Source: Candidatus Iainarchaeum sp.
Lineage (GTDB): Archaea; Iainarchaeota; Iainarchaeia; Iainarchaeales; 0-14-0-20-30-16
NCBI GenBank assembly: GCA_028710695.1
Contig: JAQTTP010000001.1
Coordinates: 1 to 32,000, forward strand
Direction of reading: 5' to 3'
DNA length: 32,000 nt
The notes beneath the pieces were generated by a model, which saw nothing but the letters and a program-made list of their open reading frames with translations, made no database searches and had not been told where the DNA came from. Within the stretch, counting starts at the first letter, position 1; each line of letters begins with the position of its first letter. The position numbers were made by a program, and so were the translations under genes. This document shows, in pieces, positions 1 through 7,877 of this stretch.

Positions 1-50
1 GCAGACATGGAAAATGACCCTTTATCTTTAGCCATACTTGGGTTCTGCAT
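1..50 (-). CDS. Start of a CDS running off the left edge (N-terminus MQNPSMAKDKGSFSMS...); possible pilin-like protein
   Basis: ATG at complement 50..48 preceded by a GGAGG Shine-Dalgarno-like sequence (AAAAAGGAGGATATGTATG). Open to window edge; contains a K-G step that could be a class III signal site. Confidence 0.4.
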   Translation of the reverse strand, partial: MQNPSMAKDKGSFSMS

Positions 51-126
51 ACATATCCTCCTTTTTGAAAAAAGAACAGCTTTTACTTATTTCAGAATAA
101 TTATAATTTAGACTATTAGAAATTTT

Positions 127-285
127 TCAATATTGTTGATCTACTTTAGAAAAAAGTGCATTGGCTTTTGAATTTATAAAATTATAGTCCAAGTGCGTTA
201 TTAAAATTGCAAAGAGCGAAACGATTGCTAAAAAAATTATTAAAAATTCCATTGTGATTTGGCCTTTAAACGATAACTTGCCCAC
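127..285 (-). CDS. Small type IV pilin-like protein with class III signal peptide (52 aa, GTG start)
   Basis: Not in ORF track. Hand translation from GTG at 285: MGKLSFKGQITMEFLIIFLAIVSLFAILITHLDYNFINSKANALFSKVDQQY*. KG|QITME followed by a hydrophobic stretch matches the archaeal prepilin motif (K-G / Q-x-S/T-x-E). Confidence 0.65.
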   Translation of the reverse strand: MGKLSFKGQITMEFLIIFLAIVSLFAILITHLDYNFINSKANALFSKVDQQY

Positions 286-718
286 TATAAACCGCTCCTT
301 GGCTTATTAAAACTTTTTTGTCCTTGTTTTCAAGAGTGTTGAGAAAAACATATTGATAGTTTATGTAATCTACCAATCCAAGTGAAACTACTTCAATTAA
401 TAACTCTGTTTTGAAATTAGATGTATCAAACCCCTCAGATAAAAGAAATACTTGAAAGGCAGCATCATAAGCTAGTTTAAGGGCAGATCTATTTTGTGTT
501 ACAAGAAGCCCTTTTTCAATAGTTTTTTTGATAAAAAATGAAACATTATTTTCTAAGATTGTTTGGTCTGTTACCACATTAGAATATGTGATGTAATCTT
601 CAATTAGTTTTTGTTCTTTGTAAGAGTTATGAGAATATACAAAGAAAATTGTTAATAAAATTAAAAAAGCAAGAATTACAAAATACAATACAAAAAAACC
701 TTTATTCAAGATAATCAA
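266..718 (-). CDS. Small membrane-anchored protein, possible minor pilin-like (150 aa)
   Basis: ORF MIILNKGFFVLYFVILAFLILLTIFF...; single N-terminal hydrophobic helix right after an NKG motif; overlaps genes on both sides. Confidence 0.6.
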   Translation of the reverse strand: MIILNKGFFVLYFVILAFLILLTIFFVYSHNSYKEQKLIEDYITYSNVVTDQTILENNVSFFIKKTIEKGLLVTQNRSALKLAYDAAFQVFLLSEGFDTSNFKTELLIEVVSLGLVDYINYQYVFLNTLENKDKKVLISQGAVYSGQVIV

Positions 719-1517
719 AGCTTACATCATTAAATGAATACTTTTTTGTCCTTATTGTCAAATTCTTAGGAGAATATTCTGACCAGATATCTTTTTCATA
801 ACCTAAGTAATCGTTGTAATTTTCAGAATTAACTAAATCTATTATTAGAACTCTTTTCTTATACTTGGTTAATACAAATGCATGGCGCGAAAAGTCGCTT
901 AACTCAACAGAATAAACTTTTGTGTCACTTCCACCAAGAGCAATTAAAATTGAGCAAATTAAAATCGAAAGATCAAATGCATCTCCAGCTCTTGCTTCAA
1001 TTATATCTTTTGGAGCAAGCCAATATTTATTTGATAAATTTAGATCAGTAATTGTATAATTTTTTCGTAAATAATCATAAAGATTTTTTACTGCTTGAAG
1101 ATAATCATTTTCATAATCATAATTTTCAGGCATTATTTCTTGTTTTATACTTAAAACACTCAGATCATTTGGCAAAATAAGTTTCTTTAAATCTTCTAAA
1201 CCAAAGCTCTGTTCGTGCAGATATTTGTTAATTATTGCTTTAAGAAGTTTATTTTGAATCCCATAGTTTTTATTCTGATCTTCATTTTCTTTTAGTGCTT
1301 CTTTTAGGGTATTAAGTTCGTGCCGTAATTTTGCGGGGTTGTTCTGTTGTAAGAATTTAATTTTTTCTTTAAGGACAAGAATTTCTTTTTCGTATTTATC
1401 TTTTTTTGCAGAATTATTTGTTCTTTTTATTAGATCTTCTGTTTCTGTAATTTTCTTCCAAAGCCTCTGCTCTTGCTCGAAAAGAGGCAGATCACTGGAT
1501 AGTATTTTCTCAAGCAT
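702..1517 (-). CDS. Transglutaminase-like domain protein with N-terminal coiled coil (271 aa)
   Basis: Motif GDAFDLSILICSILIALGG...SRHAFVLTKYKKRVLIIDLV resembles the Cys/His/Asp arrangement of transglutaminase-like folds. Confidence 0.55.
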   Translation of the reverse strand: MLEKILSSDLPLFEQEQRLWKKITETEDLIKRTNNSAKKDKYEKEILVLKEKIKFLQQNNPAKLRHELNTLKEALKENEDQNKNYGIQNKLLKAIINKYLHEQSFGLEDLKKLILPNDLSVLSIKQEIMPENYDYENDYLQAVKNLYDYLRKNYTITDLNLSNKYWLAPKDIIEARAGDAFDLSILICSILIALGGSDTKVYSVELSDFSRHAFVLTKYKKRVLIIDLVNSENYNDYLGYEKDIWSEYSPKNLTIRTKKYSFNDVSFDYLE

Positions 1518-1578
1518 TATAGAATATTATGTAGAAAGATATATAAGTTTATATATAAAGTGTGCAAATTAAGATAAT

Positions 1579-2043
1579 ATGCGAATACTTATTACTGGAG
1601 TTCCAGGCACAGGAAAGACAACAATTGCAAAAGAACTTTCAAATGAATTAAAGATTCCTTTGTATGATATTAAGAAGTTTACAAAGGCAAAAGATGTTGA
1701 TATCGCAAGTTTGAAACGGAAAACAGAAAAAGAATTAAAGGGCAAAAAAGATTGGATTTTAGAAGGACATATTTTCTGCGAGTATAAAACAAATGCTAAT
1801 TTTGTGTTCTTGTTTGACACTAGTGAAACAAAGCTTAGAGAAATTTATAAAAAAAGAAAATACTTGCCAGTGAAAATAGAAGAAAACATTTTTTGTAAAA
1901 ACATTAATTATTTTGAAAAGAAACTTGGAAAATTCTACAAAAAAATATACACTCTAGAAACAGAAAAAGATATCAAAAAAAATATTTGTAAGATTAAAAA
2001 AATCTTACAAAAAGAATTGGTAGTAAATAAAAACAGCCAATAA
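1579..2043 (+). CDS. Adenylate kinase, AK6/Fap7-like P-loop kinase
   Basis: N-terminal MRILITGVPGTGKTTIAKEL Walker A; short AK6-like architecture (LEGH...FLFD). Confidence 0.8.
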   Translation: MRILITGVPGTGKTTIAKELSNELKIPLYDIKKFTKAKDVDIASLKRKTEKELKGKKDWILEGHIFCEYKTNANFVFLFDTSETKLREIYKKRKYLPVKIEENIFCKNINYFEKKLGKFYKKIYTLETEKDIKKNICKIKKILQKELVVNKNSQ

Positions 2044-3207
2044 TATTAGTACTACAAAACCAACTATATACAAGGTATAATTGCTCGTTGATTCTGAGAA
2101 ATAAAATTCTGTACAGCTCAGTTCTTTTGTGTTTTCATTCAAATACATTTCTCCACAAACTTTTTTTGTGTCGAAGTTATCAAAAGAATACTCAAAATTC
2201 ATTTCTTTTACTTCTTTACTGCCCATTGCTATTTTGTTATTCATTATTTCCTTGTTATCAACTTTTACTAGCAAATTGAACTCTTTTATTTCTGAAGATT
2301 TATTATAACAGCCAACAGTAATATTTGCTTTTTCTTTTAAGCTATATTCTACCTTACTTGTGCCCATTTCACAGTCAATATCATCAAGATAATTCTTTGC
2401 ATTTACAATTATTGGATTAGATAATTCAACAAATTTATAATTATCATAAGTATATTCTGCTCTTGCAGGTGGAATCAAAAAATATTTATCTGTTTTTGAC
2501 TTAAAATAATAAGTAATATTTACTGGCTCATTTACTGCTGCAGAACCAACATAAGATACTACTCCACCAAGCATTTTTATTTCAGTATTAACATCAAAAT
2601 TGTTGTAAGCCAAAGTAATGGTTGCTGGAACATAACCCTCATTTTCTAGTGCTAAATCCACTTTTACTGTTTCATCAACTAAGAATAAAGTTTTTTCTAA
2701 AGATTTAGAGAAATTCCCTTTTCCAGAAAAATAAGGCATGATAAATGATCCTATTTTTGACCCTGGAAGCATTTCTAATTCATATACGGATCCAGAAACA
2801 TATCCACAGATTTTTAGTTGCAAGGAGTTTTGATCTCTATAATTTTCTAAAAATACAACTTTTCTTCCATTTTGGAAATCTTTAAATTCTAAGGTTTCTC
2901 TCATAAAATACCCTGAAATTGCCTTATACTTTACTAATTCATCATTAATATATAATTGTAAATAACTTTGGCTTTCTATCTCTGGAGTAAATTTAATATA
3001 TAGATCCAAAGCAAGAATTCCATCATTTGCCTTCAAAAAAGAGTATTTCTCCTGAGAAATATCAAAAGTACTGCACACATTATTAGATTCTAGGGTCGTT
3101 TTAAAAGAGTTAGAATCAGACAATGCATAAGATGGCCCAGTCAGTTCTGAGAACGACAAAGGCAATAAGCACAAAAATAATATTAAAAATAACACTTTAG
3201 TTCGCAT
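2005..3207 (-). CDS. Secreted protein with C-terminal TM anchor, Cys-containing extracellular domain (400 aa, unknown)
   Basis: Signal peptide MRTKVLFLILFLCLLPLSFS; C-terminal helix YTLYIVGFVVLILLAVFIYYQFFL. Confidence 0.65.
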   Translation of the reverse strand: MRTKVLFLILFLCLLPLSFSELTGPSYALSDSNSFKTTLESNNVCSTFDISQEKYSFLKANDGILALDLYIKFTPEIESQSYLQLYINDELVKYKAISGYFMRETLEFKDFQNGRKVVFLENYRDQNSLQLKICGYVSGSVYELEMLPGSKIGSFIMPYFSGKGNFSKSLEKTLFLVDETVKVDLALENEGYVPATITLAYNNFDVNTEIKMLGGVVSYVGSAAVNEPVNITYYFKSKTDKYFLIPPARAEYTYDNYKFVELSNPIIVNAKNYLDDIDCEMGTSKVEYSLKEKANITVGCYNKSSEIKEFNLLVKVDNKEIMNNKIAMGSKEVKEMNFEYSFDNFDTKKVCGEMYLNENTKELSCTEFYFSESTSNYTLYIVGFVVLILLAVFIYYQFFL

Positions 3208-3259
3208 AATATAAATACGGAAACAATGTTTTTATATCTTTTCACATAAATCATATACA

Positions 3260-3586
3260 ATGGCCTACAAAAAGTCGAAAAGATCTGATTTTCAAGAAGT
3301 TGCAAGGGAAAGGATAGATTATCTCTTAAAACAGATCAATACTACTAAAGATCCACTCTTTGCATCTAATTGTGCAAAACTTATCTCAAAACTATGCTTA
3401 AAGCACAATGTAAGGCTTGAGAAGGACGAAAAGGTTTTTTGTAAATCCTGTTTTTCATGCTTTTCTTTAGAAAAACCAAAAATAAGAATAAAAACAATTA
3501 AGAAAAATGGCCAAGAATATCTTCAGAAGAGAACAATCTGCGCAAGATGTTCAAAAACTACTACTAGAAACTATAAAAAAGAATAA
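3260..3586 (+). CDS. rnp4: Ribonuclease P protein component 4 (Rpr2/Rpp21/SNM1 family)
   Basis: About 108 aa, basic; CKSC ... CARC zinc-binding pairs, FASNCAKLISKLCLKHNVRL region typical of the family. Confidence 0.8.
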   Translation: MAYKKSKRSDFQEVARERIDYLLKQINTTKDPLFASNCAKLISKLCLKHNVRLEKDEKVFCKSCFSCFSLEKPKIRIKTIKKNGQEYLQKRTICARCSKTTTRNYKKE

Positions 3587-3601
3587 AAAAGAAAAAAAGA
3601 G

Positions 3602-6600
3602 TTACTTGTTCTTAGGGAATAGTAAGAACAATGCAACCAATATCAATATTATTATTAATGGTGTCATAAACCCTGATGGCAAGAAGCTACTACTTGAACT
3701 TGCAGCATTTCCCGCAACAGGCATAATTGGCACTGTTGCTGCTTTTACTGTGCTTGTAGTTGTTGTTTGCCCACCGCCAAAGATCTTAGATAGAACAAAT
3801 AATAGTATTGCAAGTAAAGCAACAGGTATTCCCAGACCTAAACCTGCACCAGCAAATTTCTTAAAGCCGGAACCAAATCCATCTTCTGGCTTTTTATCGC
3901 TGCCGCCCTCTTTTTTTCCGTCATCTTTACCTTTATCTTTATCGTCCTTTTCTTTTTCTTCTGGTTGGCCTCTATCTTCTTCGCCAGGTTCTCTTGGAGG
4001 TCTTCCACCGCCATCTTCAAAGCCTTCTTCACCAGGACCTCTGCCGCCGCCGACATTGTTGTTATTATTGTTGTTAATTGGTGGCCAACCGCCTGGACCA
4101 CCAGGACCATATCCACCTGGGCCGTATCCCCCTGGGCCCCAACCGCCCTGTCCGCCGCCACCTGCGCCGTTTCTAATAATAAGTTCTCTTAGTTCGTTTA
4201 TTTGGGCTTGGATTGCGTCTGTATCTTCTCTTGTTGCACCATTACGAACCAAATCATCAAGATTGCCTTCCATTCTTGCCAATCTTTCATTTAGCTCTTC
4301 TCTAATTACATTTCTTAATATCTCTGCGATCGCGTGGTTATTAGCATCAAGCTTTCCATCAATTGCATCTAAACGCTCCGCAATAAGCCTAAATGCTTCT
4401 TCAATACCCTCGGTTCTCTCTGCTTCGCCTTCTAATAACTCTCTTAATTCTTCAACTATTTCTTTAATTTCTGCGTCAGTTTCTGTTCCTTTTGAGATTT
4501 TATCTAATACATCAAGGATTTCTTCTTTACCATCATCAATCTTTTTCTCTAAATCAGTCATTCTTTTGCCAAGGTCATCGTGCATTCCAGACAAAGTTGT
4601 AAGAATGTCTTCTCTATTTTGAACTGTCATTTCAGTCAAAGCATCTAACTTTTCTTCAAGTTTCTTTACAAACTTAGGATCAAGCTCAGCAATCTTTTCA
4701 ATTACTTTGTCCCCGGCTTCTTTTATCTTGTCTAAAAGCAGATCCACTCCAACATCCGCACCCTCTCTGATCTCTTGCATACACTCTTTTACTACTGCAT
4801 CAAAGTGCTCCAAGGATAAGAAGTGACCTTCTAACAAACCCAAGTTCTGAAGAACCTTTCTTGTATTTTCGTCAAGGCTCTTAACACTCTTGTTAATTTC
4901 AAATAAACGGGCATCAAAGATCTCACTCATTGCCTCTTTAAGTTCTATTTTTGCGGTCTCTGCATCTTCACGTACCATATCAAGTTTCTTAATTACTTCG
5001 TCGTGCCTTTCTTTTGATGCAGATCTTAATTCATCAACCAATTCATTCAAACCTTGTAGCTTTCCAGGAATTTCATCTATTCTGTTAACTCCGTCTTTTA
5101 TTGCTTCTGCTAAAGCTTTGTTTGTTTTTGCAACTTCCTCTAATTGGTCTCTTGTTAACTTTCCTTCGCTTTCTAATGTGGCAGTTACATTCTTTACAAA
5201 TCTGTCCACAATTTCGGACACCATGGTTATACCTCTTACTTGCCTCTCTGCTTGTGATTTATCCATGGCATCTACAAATTCTTTCAAAGATCCCAATGAC
5301 TGCTCTACTCTTGCAAGCCCTTGTTCCAAATCTTTTCCTTTTAATTTTGTAAGCTCAATAAGTTCTCTCTGTAATCTAACCATCTTTCCAGTTAGTACTC
5401 TGCTCTTATCTAAACTATCTCTTAACACAGAAATTCTGCTAGTTAATCTTTGTTCTATGGCCTCACGGTCTTCTTTTGACCAATTAGATCTTCTTCTGCT
5501 ACTGTCCTCATGCCGCCTTAACTGATCTTTTAAGCTCCTTGCAGTTTCATCTTCTATGAATTCTATTCCTGTTTTCTCTACTTCTTTTTCTGCTTCTTTT
5601 GGAGCAATTAGTTTAGGTTCTTCTTCTGGCTTTTTATCTTGTTTTTCTCTGGACCGTCTTGCTTCCGCCGCTTCAGGACTTTCAAGCAGTTTTCTTTCTG
5701 GTCTACCAAGCAATAATTTTCTGTCAGGCCTTTCTAATTGTGGTCCTCTTGTTGAAACTGTTCTTTTTTCTGCAGGCAACAAATTTGTTTGTAAACCTAG
5801 ATAATGCCTTATACGGCTTTCAAGATATTTAAATGCTGAATCTGGGCCTTCTTTTTCAAATAACTCTCTAAATCTGGTATCTTCGGACTTTAGAATTCTC
5901 TCTGCTTCTTTTGTTCCAAACTTGTCTACCAAATTTTCTAGTTTTTTAACTAAAATTAAATATCTTTCTTGCTGTTCACGATCCAAAACAACGTTCTTTG
6001 CTCTCATTTCTCTTACAAGTTCTAATCTTTCGCTTTCTAAAGATTGTTTAGGAGTAAGCTTTGCAACATACTTATTTATTTCATCAGATTGTTTTCTCAA
6101 TTCATTATAAAGATCTTTCACATATTTTACATCAAGCATCTTTGGCCTACCAAGTAACTGAAGCCTTCTAGTTGTGTCAGACATAAATTCCTCTATTTGC
6201 ATTCTAAGCTGGCCCAATGCTTGCCTTTTTTCGTCCATACTTCTTTTACTATTTCCAATTTCCATCATTGTTCTTCTTATTTTTGTAGGCATAAATTTTG
6301 ACATATTATCTAAAGATCTTGCATTTCTCTCTGGGTCTTTCATTAATTCAAAAAACTTTTCAAACATAAATTTTGGCGGCTCTTTGTCAAATTCTACTTT
6401 TAGATCATTCCACGCAGACAAGCTTCTTTTTTGAGATTCATCATATCTTTCTTCAACAACCCCGCGCATCCTTGCATCGATGGAATCCCTTAACCTATCC
6501 AATTCTATTGCTTGCTCTTTTGACATTTCCCTATTTCTCGTTTTCATTGTTAGATCTATTTTTCTAATCAATTCCGCAAGTAATCTGTTGCTTTCTATAC

Positions 6601-7156
6601 CTTTGCCCTTAGTTATAAATAAAAACTCTTGACCAATACTGGATATTGCGTCTCCTATTTTTTGTATTTGTTCTTTTTTTACTTTTGCTTGTTCTCCAGA
6701 TATTTTCTTACTTCTTTCTAAATCAGCTACACGCCTTGAACTTGTTAGCTCTTTAATCTTTGTAGCAGTTTCTTCTAAAACTCTTAATTGCTTTGCAAAT
6801 ACTTCCTTCTTGCCTTTTTTTGCTTTATTGTATTTTTTAGAAAGCTCTTTAAGTTTTTCAGCAACTTTTGCATACTCTTTGTTTAATTCAGAAACAGATA
6901 ATCTTTCTAGTTTTGAGTGGTATGTGTCTATACTTGTTCTGGCTTTAACTGCTTTTTTTATAATTCGTGGACTTACTCTTTCTATTCCTTTTCTAATCCC
7001 AAAACGGCCTTGAGCCTCAAGCCCTTTCTTGGCAAAGCCTTCTCTTTCTTTGCCCAATTCCTTTTTAGGTCTAACTACAGACCTTTGATCTGCAGCTCTT
7101 TTTTCTAAAGCAGCCCTTTCAGCAATAGTATTTCGTCTTACAGCCATAACACACAC
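3602..7156 (-). CDS. Giant coiled-coil protein with Gly/Pro/Asn-rich linker and C-terminal membrane segments (1184 aa)
   Basis: Single long ORF; extended charged helical/heptad-like sequence, then GAGGGGQGGWGPGGYGPGGYGPGGPGGWPPINNNNNNNVGGG and two hydrophobic stretches (LGLGIPVALLAILLFVLSKIF; FMTPLIIILILVALFLLF). Start may be the internal ATG four codons in (MAVRR). Confidence 0.8.
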   Translation of the reverse strand: MCVMAVRRNTIAERAALEKRAADQRSVVRPKKELGKEREGFAKKGLEAQGRFGIRKGIERVSPRIIKKAVKARTSIDTYHSKLERLSVSELNKEYAKVAEKLKELSKKYNKAKKGKKEVFAKQLRVLEETATKIKELTSSRRVADLERSKKISGEQAKVKKEQIQKIGDAISSIGQEFLFITKGKGIESNRLLAELIRKIDLTMKTRNREMSKEQAIELDRLRDSIDARMRGVVEERYDESQKRSLSAWNDLKVEFDKEPPKFMFEKFFELMKDPERNARSLDNMSKFMPTKIRRTMMEIGNSKRSMDEKRQALGQLRMQIEEFMSDTTRRLQLLGRPKMLDVKYVKDLYNELRKQSDEINKYVAKLTPKQSLESERLELVREMRAKNVVLDREQQERYLILVKKLENLVDKFGTKEAERILKSEDTRFRELFEKEGPDSAFKYLESRIRHYLGLQTNLLPAEKRTVSTRGPQLERPDRKLLLGRPERKLLESPEAAEARRSREKQDKKPEEEPKLIAPKEAEKEVEKTGIEFIEDETARSLKDQLRRHEDSSRRRSNWSKEDREAIEQRLTSRISVLRDSLDKSRVLTGKMVRLQRELIELTKLKGKDLEQGLARVEQSLGSLKEFVDAMDKSQAERQVRGITMVSEIVDRFVKNVTATLESEGKLTRDQLEEVAKTNKALAEAIKDGVNRIDEIPGKLQGLNELVDELRSASKERHDEVIKKLDMVREDAETAKIELKEAMSEIFDARLFEINKSVKSLDENTRKVLQNLGLLEGHFLSLEHFDAVVKECMQEIREGADVGVDLLLDKIKEAGDKVIEKIAELDPKFVKKLEEKLDALTEMTVQNREDILTTLSGMHDDLGKRMTDLEKKIDDGKEEILDVLDKISKGTETDAEIKEIVEELRELLEGEAERTEGIEEAFRLIAERLDAIDGKLDANNHAIAEILRNVIREELNERLARMEGNLDDLVRNGATREDTDAIQAQINELRELIIRNGAGGGGQGGWGPGGYGPGGYGPGGPGGWPPINNNNNNNVGGGRGPGEEGFEDGGGRPPREPGEEDRGQPEEKEKDDKDKGKDDGKKEGGSDKKPEDGFGSGFKKFAGAGLGLGIPVALLAILLFVLSKIFGGGQTTTTSTVKAATVPIMPVAGNAASSSSSFLPSGFMTPLIIILILVALFLLFPKNK

Positions 7157-7195
7157 CTTATATAAATATATATTTTGTTACCTTTTTATTCCTTT

Positions 7196-7807
7196 CTAAA
7201 AATGATCTTTACTTTCTGACTTAGATCCTGAAGATCCAAGTATAAATAAAATTCCTAAAATTACAATCGCAAATATCAAAAGTTCCCCATTGCCTTTGCT
7301 TGATAATACATCTTTAGTCACAAAAAACAAAAGAGCAAACATTGCAACAACAAAAAAGCCAAGCCTCATATTGCCGTTTGATAATAACTTGGTAAAAACA
7401 TTTGATTTGTGCCCGTGACCAAAAACAGATTCCCCTGCTCTGCGCTCTTCCCGCTCACTGCTGGATTCTTCACTTGTAGAAAATAGCTCTTTACCTTCTT
7501 CTTTCTCTCTTTTATTTCCTTTCTTTTCATTTTCCATTTTATTATAGCCAGATTCTTTCTTTTTAGATTTTTCTGAATCATCATGCTCTTCTGCTTGTTT
7601 ATTCGATTCTGTTTTTGATTTTAGCTTTTTAATAAGTGCAAAAAATTCGCTTTTTTCTAGGTCTCCGTTCTGATATGCTTTTTTTATGTCTCTTTCAATT
7701 ATTTTTGGTGGCTCTTTCTCTTTTTTCACTCTCTCTAAAAAACGAGCATATTTAGTTACTGGCCTTGGTGTTTCCGCCCTTGCTTTTCTACCAGACTCAA
7801 AAACCAT
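7196..7807 (-). CDS. Charged cytoplasmic-domain protein with two C-terminal TM helices (203 aa)
   Basis: Hydrophobic stretches LGFFVVAMFALLFFV and ELLIFAIVILGILFILG after a Lys/Glu-rich region; same strand, immediately upstream of the 1184-aa gene. Confidence 0.7.
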   Translation of the reverse strand: MVFESGRKARAETPRPVTKYARFLERVKKEKEPPKIIERDIKKAYQNGDLEKSEFFALIKKLKSKTESNKQAEEHDDSEKSKKKESGYNKMENEKKGNKREKEEGKELFSTSEESSSEREERRAGESVFGHGHKSNVFTKLLSNGNMRLGFFVVAMFALLFFVTKDVLSSKGNGELLIFAIVILGILFILGSSGSKSESKDHF

Positions 7808-7877
7808 ACAAACTACCTAGAAAACATTTTTACTGCAATCAATTATAAATAAAAAGAGTATATTTATATATGTATCC

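Noticed and set aside
3838-4161. Minus-strand 107-aa ORF in the linker region
   Set aside because: Alternate frame of the same strand's Gly/Pro-rich linker; no independent support.
4030-4180. Repeat-like GGT/CCT and TTG/TTA tracts that could suggest a satellite or CRISPR
   Set aside because: In-frame low-complexity codons of the 1184-aa protein; no spacers or constant repeats.
3507-4622. 371-aa plus-strand ORF and other plus-strand ORFs across 3.6-7.2 kb
   Set aside because: Antisense to the 1184-aa gene; Pro/Leu/Ser-rich translation is the complement of Gly/Glu/Lys-rich coding sequence. Overprinted artefacts.
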